From positions 58,740-122,739 of the forward strand of contig CAZJVP010000051.1 in assembly GCA_964549615.1 (NCBI GenBank): 64,000 bases of DNA. Direction: 5' to 3'. The stretch comes from an uncultured Thermococci archaeon. Its GTDB lineage: Archaea > CAYQAE01 > CAYVLA01. A program made the position numbers and the translations under genes. This document shows positions 30,422 through 38,671 of this stretch, piece by piece; position 1 is the stretch's first letter; each line of letters begins with the position of its first letter. Below the pieces are notes generated by a model, which worked only from the letters and a program-made list of their open reading frames with translations, had not been told where the DNA came from and searched no databases.

Positions 30422-31309
30422 CTACCTGTAGAGCACCTGGCACTTGGGACAGAAGTAACTGACCCTGTTCCTTTCTCCCGTGTTCTTGGTGATGACCCTG
30501 TCCCCAGAGGCCGGGCATCTCGGCTTTCGATAAATCCCGAAGATACCCCCGAAGCCCTTTCCCGCTTTCTCAACCTCGTATAGCCTTAGGGCGAATTCCC
30601 TGGTCCTCTGGGCGAGGTCCGAAAGCCCGTCGCGGGGAATGGCGGCCACGACGCTCATTGGATGGATTCGGGCGTCGAAGAGGGCCTCGTTCTTGATCAT
30701 GTTCCCCACGCCAGCGTAGATCTCCTGGTCCATGAGCACGTCGCATATCAGCTCGTCCGGCTTCTGGAGCGTCAGAGCAATGACCTTGTCCTTCTTCCAG
30801 CTCGGCCCGGTCACATCGATCTCGGGGTCGAAGGCCGGCCCAGTCAGCCCACCATCGATGATCCGCACGGAGCAGTTGTAAAACCGCAATTTCCCGTCTT
30901 CAAGGTCAAGGCCCAGCCTCGGGGTCACCCCGGGCCTTTCCTCGTCGACGCGCCAGCTGCCGTACATCATGAAGTGAATCCTCACGTGGAAGTCGGGAAA
31001 GGCTATGATGAGCTGTTTTCCTCTGCTGAATATCTCCCGGATCACGAGGGAGTTCATCCGTGGGGCCTGGATCCTAGCACTGCCGAAGCTCTTGACGACC
31101 CTCTTGCCCTGGAATGCAGAAAGCCGCTCTGAGACGATTCTGACCATGGGTCCTTCCACGGCGGCTCTCTCGCCGCCAGGTTGAAATCTGCCCCCTCGCA
31201 GCCGGGGACACGCCAAGGCGGAGGCGGGTGCCATCCTGAAACAAGCACCCGCGGGATGAGGCAACGTATATACTGGTCCTCCGATGATCGGACATGGCAG
31301 GATGTCCAT
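30422..31309 (-). CDS. Fpg/Nei-family DNA glycosylase (H2TH + C4 zinc finger), atypical N-terminus
   Basis: LMDQEIYAGVGNMIKNEALFDARIHP (H2TH) and C-terminal RCPASGDRV...YFCPKCQ zinc finger; N-terminal PELPEV motif not evident (likely start near EGPMVRIVSERL). Confidence 0.55.
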   Translation of the reverse strand: MDILPCPIIGGPVYTLPHPAGACFRMAPASALACPRLRGGRFQPGGERAAVEGPMVRIVSERLSAFQGKRVVKSFGSARIQAPRMNSLVIREIFSRGKQLIIAFPDFHVRIHFMMYGSWRVDEERPGVTPRLGLDLEDGKLRFYNCSVRIIDGGLTGPAFDPEIDVTGPSWKKDKVIALTLQKPDELICDVLMDQEIYAGVGNMIKNEALFDARIHPMSVVAAIPRDGLSDLAQRTREFALRLYEVEKAGKGFGGIFGIYRKPRCPASGDRVITKNTGERNRVSYFCPKCQVLYR

Positions 31310-31725
31310 TCTGCGAGATAAGCTCTGGGGAGGCCCCGGCGAGCATCGTCTACCGGGACGCGAAGGTGATGGCCTTCATGGATCTGCGCCCGGCCAATCC
31401 GGGTCACGTCTTGGTCATCCCAAGGGAACACTGGGAAACCATACATGAGGTCCCCGATTCTATCTTGGTCGACGTCTTCAGGATTGTGAAGCGCGTGGCT
31501 GGTGCGGTCAGGGAGGCAGTCAACGCCGAGGGCATCAACGTCATACAGAGCAACGGCAGAGCAGCGTACCAGATGGTGGACCATTTTCATGTGCACGTCA
31601 TACCGAGATTCCAAGGGGACGCTATCTCCAAGACGGTCCAGGCTGTGCTGGCGCCACTGGAGTTTGAAACGGCGCAGAGGGAGGACCTGGACGAGGTGGC
31701 AGACCTCATCAGAAAGTCTCTCTGA
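31294..31725 (+). CDS. HIT-family (histidine triad) hydrolase, copy A
   Basis: 143 aa; CPFCEI...HFHVHVIP histidine triad; ~90% identical to 36806..37237. Confidence 0.75.
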   Translation: MAGCPFCEISSGEAPASIVYRDAKVMAFMDLRPANPGHVLVIPREHWETIHEVPDSILVDVFRIVKRVAGAVREAVNAEGINVIQSNGRAAYQMVDHFHVHVIPRFQGDAISKTVQAVLAPLEFETAQREDLDEVADLIRKSL

Positions 31726-31871
31726 GCGGCAACGTGGGTGAATCACATCGGCATTGCGGTCCCGGGGCCGCTCCCCCTAACCAAGGGTGGATGATCGTGC
31801 TCCATCGGAGACTACTGGACCACAACAGATTTCAGAGGAGGCGCCAGGAGGCAGTCTACTGGGGATGAGAT

Positions 31872-32162
31872 GGGGCTGCTGGGTAGAGAGGTTGGCCTGG
31901 CCTTGATCACCCAGTGCTTTTTTTCGGACTGTACGGCGTGGCATCCCCTTCCATACCGTTCGGCCTCCTCTGGATCGGGCTGATCGCAGGCTTCGTTTAT
32001 GCAGCGGTTCAGGGCCGCAGGAAGAGGTTCACCTTCCTGACCCGGGCCACATCCTCTCCCATCTCCCTTGTTCTTACCGGCTACTTCATTTCTGCCCCAA
32101 ACCCAAACTGCAGCCGTGTGGTCTTTCCTCGGCGTGCAGAACAACACCGCTATCGCCGGTAA
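31872..32162 (+). pseudogene. Small membrane protein, copy A, frameshifted at a T7 homopolymer
   Basis: MGLLGREVGLAL... frame stops after the run ctttttttcgg; the downstream frame (31914..32162) continues homology to intact copy B (IAGFVYAAVQGRRKRFTFLTRATSS). Confidence 0.4.
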
Positions 32163-32512
32163 AGAATGCCAAAGGGGATGGGACAGTTCGCCACAAAAAC
32201 TCTGGCAAGAATCGCCCCCCATAATGACGATATCAGGGCAGCAGCAGCGATCTTCATCCTGACGCAGCCAATGAACCATGGCACTCGGGGAGCTGCGGTT
32301 CGCAGCCATTGCAAATTTATGGGTTTCGCCTAGACGCGCAGCCTGCCTGCAGGAAGTCGTCAATCGCCATCACCGCCTAGGTGATTGCCTGCAATCGCAT
32401 TCCAGAGGTGGCTCATCCCACTCTCACGAAGGGCAAGTTGTTCGAAGCTTGGGTTTCCATCCGCAAGGCGGCTTGATGGTCTTGCAGGGGGGAGCCGGTC
32501 TCAACCAGCACC

Positions 32513-33154
32513 TCAACTATGAGGAACCTGTTCAGCGACGGATAGAGCGAGGGCCTCCACCTGCTCCATGCTCATCTCAGTACTCGCCACGATCTGGTAT
32601 AGCAGGTCTCCGGCTTGGAAGGTGGCTTGCTTATTCATGTTGCTGTGGGAGAGCATGACCTCGTGCCCCGCCATCGACTTTACTTCTGCGTAGGGGATCT
32701 CGTTTTGCTCGGCCCTAGCCACGATGTCTGCGACGCCTGGGCCGGTGTATGGCCGGGACACCAGAAGGAAGAAGCCCCCGCTGTCGCACACTTGCCATAT
32801 CTCGCCATCCTCATCCAGTTTGCCGGGGCAGTATATGAGGACCACATGTCGCCCCAACTCGCCAATGCTGACCCGGACGTCCGCCAAGCGGAGGCTCCCT
32901 GGGATGCTACGCGGGACGGGGATCGGAAACCCCATCTTGGTTACGGCGTCTTTGAGGCTTACGCTCTGTCCCCACAACACCTTGATCGGTGCATACGGCT
33001 GCTGGATGCCGAGAGGCCCAGCCGAAGTCGCCCTCTGGCCATCTGCCCTCTTCTCGTTGAGGAAGTAGGCGGTGAGGCCCACCAAGGTTCCCATCAGGGC
33101 TCCGGCTGCAACAACCAAGGCCAAAGCCCTCCAGCCAACCACCCCTTCAAGCAT
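32513..33154 (-). CDS. Single-pass membrane-anchored protein (anti-sigma/DUF4367-like architecture suspected)
   Basis: One TM (ALALVVAAGALMGTLVGLTAYF) followed by a ~180-aa domain; the ORF's upstream extension overlaps the neighbouring gene. Confidence 0.3.
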   Translation of the reverse strand: MLEGVVGWRALALVVAAGALMGTLVGLTAYFLNEKRADGQRATSAGPLGIQQPYAPIKVLWGQSVSLKDAVTKMGFPIPVPRSIPGSLRLADVRVSIGELGRHVVLIYCPGKLDEDGEIWQVCDSGGFFLLVSRPYTGPGVADIVARAEQNEIPYAEVKSMAGHEVMLSHSNMNKQATFQAGDLLYQIVASTEMSMEQVEALALSVAEQVPHS

Positions 33155-33195
33155 CCTTGCAGTCTTTCCATACACCGTAGTGCATCCCTCCAGGG

Positions 33196-33801
33196 TCAGG
33201 GTCCGTGGCAATAGAACTCGTGGCTCGGACCTGAGGCGGGAACTCTTTGTAGTTGGCAAGGCGGGTCCGCGTGGTCCCAGTTCGTCGAGAAATACCAATG
33301 GTTCAGCCCCGCCCCTGCATACTTAAGATTCCACCAGTGGTACTCCATCTGGTTCTGGTTGTCGTGTGATTCGCACTGGGCAGAGGGGACCCCGTTCCTC
33401 AACGGAAAGTTGTATCTCGTGTTGTACACGTTTCCGTCGATGGGCGCATACCACGGCCCATTGGGGTAATACCCCCTCGTTGTGTAGATCTTGAACTCAT
33501 GATTGGTGCCGACGGGGTCATCGTTGCACCTATGGAATCCATACACCCCATTTTCGGTCCAGTCAAAGTAATAGTGCACCTGGGGGTAGAAGGCTTCCCT
33601 ATAGGGGATCTTCCCCTGATGTTGCCCGATCTGATACCAGTCCCCGTTGGCCATGGTGATCGTCACGAAGGAGGCGACACCGCTCCAATCTGGTTCATAG
33701 ACGATGTTGTTTTGAGCAATCACTTGGTATCCCTCGACTCCGTAGCTCTGGTCGCATGCTTCTCCAAGGCAAACCCACCAGCCTCCTTTCACGGCGAGCA
33801 C
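33196..33801 (-). CDS. Secreted aromatic-rich hypothetical protein
   Basis: 201 aa, very rich in Y/W/N/G (YEPDWSGVASF...GYYPNGPWYAPIDGNVYNTRYNF), unknown family. Confidence 0.35.
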   Translation of the reverse strand: MLAVKGGWWVCLGEACDQSYGVEGYQVIAQNNIVYEPDWSGVASFVTITMANGDWYQIGQHQGKIPYREAFYPQVHYYFDWTENGVYGFHRCNDDPVGTNHEFKIYTTRGYYPNGPWYAPIDGNVYNTRYNFPLRNGVPSAQCESHDNQNQMEYHWWNLKYAGAGLNHWYFSTNWDHADPPCQLQRVPASGPSHEFYCHGP

Positions 33802-33879
33802 GGTTACGATGGACGCAAAGCAAATGCTGCCGCCGAAGCCGCAAAGAGCTGAAACAACCTCGTCACATATCCCACCCGC

Positions 33880-34925
33880 CAGAAGTTTCCCTCCCTCTCC
33901 TTATGAATGTTCCGGCCGGTGGAGAAAGAAGAAGTAGAAAAGGTGCTCATGTGCAGGGACTATGCCCAGGGACACACAACCTACGACTGTCCCAAGTGTG
34001 GCCGCATCACTATCGTACCCTTCACGTGTAAGAGCCGCCTATCCTCGGCCTGTGGGAAGAAACACACCGACAGATGGGCAGACAAGGTCAGCGCCGAGCT
34101 TCTGGAGGTAGCCCATCGGCACATGGTCTTCACCACACCAGACAAGCTCTGGCCCCACCTGGAACAACACCGATGGCTACTCAAGGACGTCATGGACACG
34201 GTCAAAACAGCGCTGGAGGAGGTGGTAAACCACAGGTGGAAAGCCCTCCAGATAGTCCCAGGGATAATCAAGTCCTCCACACCTATGGCAGGGAATTCAA
34301 GTTCAACCCCCACATCCAGGCCATAGTGACGGACGGGGACTCAGAGAAAGGGACTAGTACGGCGGGGAGAGGCGGATGGATGTCAACTTCTTTCCCTACG
34401 AGAAGCTGAGAAAGGTGTGGCAGCACCAGCTGGTCACAGGGATCAGGGAGAAACTCCCCCACGACAAGGAGCTGCACAGCCTCCTGGACCAGCTCTACAG
34501 GGAGAAGGAGAACGGATTCTACGTCTACGCCAAGAGAAGGATCGAAGGCAAGGAGAAGGAGTTCATCTGCAGATACGTCGCAAGGTACGTCCGCCACCCA
34601 GCCATAGCTGAAACCCGAATAAACAGCTACAACCCGCACACCAGGATGGTCGAGTTCTGGTACAGACACGACGACGACACGGAAACAGTGAGCATGCACG
34701 TCTACGAGCTCATAGGCAAGCTCATAGGACACATACCACCTAGACAGTTCAAGACGATAAGGTACTACGGCCTGTACGCCAGGAACAAGAAGAGAAAGAT
34801 CCAAGATGTGCTGATTGTAGCTCACATTCTCATGAATGTTTCGCTACGAGTAGCGCCACGAGCGACGGGCGAGAAAAGTATAAATGGGGCCCTGTCTAAA
34901 GGCAAGACGGAGGGAGAATGATGCA
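33880..34925 (+). mobile_element. IS91-family-like transposase remnant (zinc-binding domain + Y2-transposase domain) split over three reading frames
   Basis: Frame 1 (33907-34326): DCPKCGRITIVPFTCKSRLSSACGKKH zinc domain; frame 3 (~34250-34330): VLHTYGREFKFNPHIQAIVTDGD (HxH motif); frame 2 (34376-34921): ...KTIRYYGLYARNKKRK (catalytic Y motif); at least 2 frameshifts. Confidence 0.5.
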
Positions 34926-35256
34926 GCGCAGAATCTGGGCCTTCTTAGGCATCGGCATCCTAGCCTTCAGCCTCTCGTGTACCGTGTGGCTTCTCTGGTC
35001 GCGGAACCTCATTCTGCCAGAAGCTAGGGTCGAACTGATAAGGTGGGGCGATGGGGTCCGGGTGATTTGGACAGCGGAAGAACCGGGGACCGTCCTGTGG
35101 GTTAAGGGAACTGGGAACTATCCGAGACATCATCCCCCCAGCACATCGGGAGAGTCCTACGATTTTCCCGGCCCCGCCCTCATACCGGACAGATTCATAG
35201 TCTGCACCCGCATAGGGAACAGCGTGAGATACGAGATCCACAGCCTGCATGAGTGA
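34918..35256 (+). CDS. Small secreted/membrane hypothetical protein
   Basis: 112 aa with N-terminal signal/TM (IWAFLGIGILAFSLSCTVWLLW). Confidence 0.3.
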   Translation: MMQRRIWAFLGIGILAFSLSCTVWLLWSRNLILPEARVELIRWGDGVRVIWTAEEPGTVLWVKGTGNYPRHHPPSTSGESYDFPGPALIPDRFIVCTRIGNSVRYEIHSLHE

Positions 35257-35265
35257 GGAAGAAGG

Positions 35266-35279
35266 AAAAAAAGAAAAAA
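35266..35279 (-). terminator. Oligo-T tract (T7-A-T6 on minus strand) just downstream of the 35303..35968 gene, between convergent genes
   Basis: Plus strand aaaaaaagaaaaaa; no obvious hairpin, so archaeal-style oligo-T termination is possible. Confidence 0.25.
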
Positions 35280-35302
35280 GGAGGTTCACGTTATCCGTTG
35301 GC

Positions 35303-35968
35303 CTACCAAGTGACGTAGATTCCGTTAGACTGTATGTCGCAGTCCACCTCTGCCCACGCATCGTCGCCCGATACTTTGTTCTCCGACTTTGTCTGCACAT
35401 ACACAGAACAGTCAATTATGGTGAACGTCGCTTGGATCGCCCACGGGCCATCGCACGCGATATCCACTTGGAACCATCCGTTGCCATCCGGACCCTCATT
35501 CTCTAAGTGTGTGTGATACTGCCCGCTGGTACATATCTGTCCATCGAAAGTATAGGTCTTCTCGTAGGTCTTGCTGTCTCGGTTATCCATCACCTTGAAG
35601 TGAACCTTGACATGGTAGCTTCCCCATCCCTGACCATCGGCCTGCAACGTAACCGGACCGGAAAAGTCGAACTCTGCATAGAGCGCTGCTCCGTTGCCTA
35701 CCGGGTCCAAGAGAGAGCCGACTGTAATCGAGTCATAGTAGAATGTGTGGTACGACGACAGTTCTCTCAGGTTGTTCTCGCTCGGATACGGTTCGACATA
35801 CTCGTAGGAGTTCGACGATGTCAGACTGCCATCGCCGTAACCGGGGTCGTACACGAACCAATCTGCGCTGACGCCCGTGGAATAGAATCGGTCGCTGCCC
35901 GCAAACACGAGGACGGCTGAAACGAGGATAATGAGGTACGCTGCCAGAAACTTGTCATTTCTCTTCAA
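35303..35968 (-). CDS. Secreted hypothetical protein (221 aa)
   Basis: Signal peptide MKRNDKFLAAYLIILVSAVLVFAGS; followed 25 nt downstream (minus strand) by a T-rich run (35266-35279). Confidence 0.4.
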   Translation of the reverse strand: MKRNDKFLAAYLIILVSAVLVFAGSDRFYSTGVSADWFVYDPGYGDGSLTSSNSYEYVEPYPSENNLRELSSYHTFYYDSITVGSLLDPVGNGAALYAEFDFSGPVTLQADGQGWGSYHVKVHFKVMDNRDSKTYEKTYTFDGQICTSGQYHTHLENEGPDGNGWFQVDIACDGPWAIQATFTIIDCSVYVQTKSENKVSGDDAWAEVDCDIQSNGIYVTW

Positions 35969-36127
35969 AACTTACACCTCCTTTACAGTTTGTACGAATA
36001 GCGGAGGTGCAAGACAGACGAAGATCCGGACCAGCGCACTAACCCGTAACACTTATAGAACGCCGCAGCCCTCTCTATGCGGGCCTGAATTCCGGTTCTA
36101 CTCATCGGTGATGCACGCTCCGATTGT

Positions 36128-36192
36128 CCCGCAGCCCAAACTGCGGGACTAGGGCCGGACAGGAAACCCTATCCGGCTTTCCTACTTTTTTT
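36128..36192 (+). terminator. Two GC hairpins followed by T7 run (intrinsic-terminator-like) in a gene-free 230-bp stretch
   Basis: CCCGCAG-cccaaa-CTGCGGG (36128-36147), CCGGA-N12-TCCGG (36155-36176), then ttttttt (36186-36192). Confidence 0.3.
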
Positions 36193-36345
36193 GGCAGCCG
36201 CAGCCGATCAGAGCAGTCTCAAGCCCCTCATCATTCGCAGCCATCCCAGCACGATCGACAGCACATGTGTGCCCAAGGCGGCATCGGCCATCTCGGCTTA
36301 AAGCCGTCTCTTTACCCTCTCCTTGCTGAGACTTGTCCAGATCGC

Positions 36346-36665
36346 TCATTGTGACTGTGACTGTGACTGTGACTGTGACTGTGACTGTGACTGTGACGGT
36401 ATCGTGGCGGATTGTGCCCAATCCGACAGTCGTGTATGGTACCTCATGGGCACAAGTGGTAGCGAATCCCCCACCAATGCAGCCCTCACGTGGAGGCCCG
36501 GGAAGGCGATGACCAGCTGCTTGCTCCCGCTGAATGCGTCCCTGATCACTAGTTCATCTTGGAGGCATCGATCTTCGCATCGACGAAGCTCCTGACGACC
36601 TTGCTGCCCTTGAACCCGGAGAGGCGCTCGGACACGATTCTAAGCAGGTGTCCTTCCATGGCCAT
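36346..36665 (-). pseudogene. Fpg/Nei fragment (copy B), N-terminal ~70 codons only, with stop + frameshift
   Basis: Minus strand reads MEGHLLRIVSERLSGFKGSKVVRSFVDAKIDASKMN*, then in another frame IRDAFSGSKQLVIAFPGLHVRAALVGDS, homologous to IREIFSRGKQLIIAFPDFHVRIHF of intact copy; homology ends at the microsatellite. Confidence 0.45.
36351..36397. repeat. Hexanucleotide microsatellite (GTGACT)x7.8
   Basis: Read directly: gtgactgtgactgtgactgtgactgtgactgtgactgtgactgtgac. Confidence 0.9.
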
Positions 36666-37770
36666 CCCCTGGCCAGCGGTTTGAGATTTCCTCCTCCTTC
36701 AGGGCGCCTGCGCCAAAGCCCAAGGCGGTCTCGGGCACGGCGGAAAGGCATTAGGGGAGCAGGGAGCAAGACAACGTATTTAGCCAGTCCGCCCGATGAT
36801 GGGCCATGGCAAGATGTCCCTTCTGCGAGATAAGCTCCGGAGAGGCCCCGGCTAGCATCGTGTACCAGGATGCGGCTGTGATGGCCTTCATGGACCTGCG
36901 CCCGGCCAATGCCGGCCATGTCTTGGTCATCCCCAGGAAGCACTGGGAAACCATACACGAGATCCCGGACTCAACCCTGGTCGACATCTTCAGGGTGGCG
37001 AAAAGGGTGGCTGGTGCGGTCAAGGAGGCCGTCAGCGCCGAGGGCATCAACGTCGTACAGAGCAACGGCCGGGCAGCGTACCAGATGGTGAACCACCTTC
37101 ACGTGCACGTCATACCGAGATTCCAGGGAGATGCTATATCCAAGACGGTCCAGGCCGTTCTGGCGTCGCTGGAGTTTGACGTCGCACAGAGAGAGGACTT
37201 GGACGAGGTGGCCGAGCTTATCAGAAGGTCTCTCTGACGGATTGCCTAGGCGGACCACAGCGGCATTTCAGATCTTGGGCCGTGTTCTCCGCCAGCGAGG
37301 GCTGCGTGCGGCCCTCGGGAATGCTGGACCATAACAGCTTTCAGAGGGAGGAGTCTTCAGGGAACCGGCAGGGGATGAGATGGGGCTGCTGGCTAGAGAG
37401 ACTGGTTTGGCGTTGACAATCTCCATGCTGTTCCTCGGCATGCATGCCCTGCGGTCTCCTACCATACCCCTCGGCCTACTCTTCGCCGGGCTGATCGCAG
37501 GCCTCGTTTTCACAGTCGTCCAGGGCCACCGAAAGAGGGTCAACTTCCTGACCAGGGCTGCCTCCTCCGCCGTCTCCCTCGTTCTCGCCGGCTACTTCCT
37601 TTCTGCTGCGATCTACCTGCTTCTGCCTCTCAAGCCATCCCCGTATCTGGCGGTCCTCATGCCTCTGTACCTGATCCTCGCCTACCGGTTGCTGAGAACC
37701 GACCTTAGGATGTGGTCTTGGTACAGGTCCGCCCACCCGGCACTTCCCGGCAGAGTCCCGGGGCAGAACT
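36400..37770. repeat. Segmental duplication copy B
   Basis: See copy A; same gene order and orientation. Confidence 0.55.
36806..37237 (+). CDS. HIT-family hydrolase, copy B
   Basis: 143 aa, CPFCEI...HLHVHVIP; paralog of 31294..31725. Confidence 0.75.
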   Translation: MARCPFCEISSGEAPASIVYQDAAVMAFMDLRPANAGHVLVIPRKHWETIHEIPDSTLVDIFRVAKRVAGAVKEAVSAEGINVVQSNGRAAYQMVNHLHVHVIPRFQGDAISKTVQAVLASLEFDVAQREDLDEVAELIRRSL

Positions 37771-37778
37771 CCGTCTAG
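37380..37778 (+). CDS. Small membrane protein (copy B, intact), 3-4 TM
   Basis: 132 aa; LLFAGLIAGLVFTVVQGHRKRVNFLTRAASS homologous to the frameshifted copy A. Confidence 0.45.
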   Translation: MGLLARETGLALTISMLFLGMHALRSPTIPLGLLFAGLIAGLVFTVVQGHRKRVNFLTRAASSAVSLVLAGYFLSAAIYLLLPLKPSPYLAVLMPLYLILAYRLLRTDLRMWSWYRSAHPALPGRVPGQNSV

Positions 37779-37979
37779 CTTTGGTGATTCCGTTCAATAC
37801 CTCTCATCGAGTAGGGCTCCAAATGTGGATGGGCGACTATCCCGATGGTAGTCGAAGCAGACACCCTGGTCTTTGAGTGTATCTGCCGTCGGTTTCCGTT
37901 CGTGACCCCTTGTCATTTCAGCACCAAATGGTGGATGATATTTAAGCAACACGGCCCCTAATGCACCTTCTGGTGTGTT

Positions 37980-38621
37980 GTGCTTCCTACTGGGATAGCC
38001 AGGATGCTTCGGGAGTTGTCTTTGCTGGAGCGACCCGTCTCGCAGGTTGAGATCGCACGGGTGACCGGGTGCTCTGCTTCCATGGTCAGCAAGGTCGTGG
38101 GAATGCTGGGAAGGAAAAGGATCGTTCACAAGCCTGCGAAGAGGAGGGTGGCTGTAGCTAATCTGGAGTACCTCCTGTTGTATTGGGCCTTCAGGCGGGA
38201 CATAGAGGATGATCCACGCACCCTTCTGGAAACCTCGTTGGCGGCCCAGGAAGTTGAGGAACACGCGGGCAGGTCATGTCCTCAACTGGCCTTCACGGCT
38301 TTCTCTGCTGCTAGGGTAGTGGGTGCGTACCCTGCGCCGTACTCCGACGTCATCGCCTACGATCTCTCCAACGGGTCGTGTGAGCTTGACCTGCCGAAGG
38401 GAAGAAGCTCGACTTTAGTGTTGCTGAGGGCGGATGATGCCCACCTAGGGTCGAAGACAATGCTGAAGGATGGGCTCAGAGTGGTGCCCATCAGGCAGGC
38501 TTATGTGGATCTTCTGAGCCTCGGGACCTGGGAGGCGAAGTACGCAGCCATGTCGCTGGCCGGAATCGATACCTGCCTTCCTCTGATCGGGTCGCGGCCC
38601 GAGATCACGGAATATCTTTGA
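37980..38621 (+). CDS. Winged-helix transcriptional regulator with C-terminal unknown domain
   Basis: N-terminal LRELSLLERPVSQVEIARVTGCSASMVSKVVGMLGRKRIV (HTH). Confidence 0.45.
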   Translation: MLPTGIARMLRELSLLERPVSQVEIARVTGCSASMVSKVVGMLGRKRIVHKPAKRRVAVANLEYLLLYWAFRRDIEDDPRTLLETSLAAQEVEEHAGRSCPQLAFTAFSAARVVGAYPAPYSDVIAYDLSNGSCELDLPKGRSSTLVLLRADDAHLGSKTMLKDGLRVVPIRQAYVDLLSLGTWEAKYAAMSLAGIDTCLPLIGSRPEITEYL

Positions 38622-38671
38622 GGCCGCTGCTGCAGTTGATCTCCAGATCCGCGCCGTGAGCCTCGTGACAC

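Larger units (their letters stand above)
30900..32260. repeat. Segmental duplication copy A (fpg 5' part - HIT - membrane protein)
   Basis: Protein-level ~90% (HIT) and nucleotide-level ~75% intergenic similarity to 36400..37770. Confidence 0.55.

Noticed and set aside
29581-30573. 330-aa ORF antisense to 29368-30369 and reading into fpg
   Set aside because: Arg/Pro/Gly-rich; spans two sense genes, which a real gene would not.
31054-31746. 230-aa ORF antisense spanning fpg and HIT
   Set aside because: Crosses two convergently organised real genes in antisense; GC artefact.
36182-36595. ORFs encoding TVTVTV or DCDCDC peptides across the hexamer microsatellite
   Set aside because: Frames are created by the repeat itself and are flanked by a pseudogene fragment; no evidence of a real gene.
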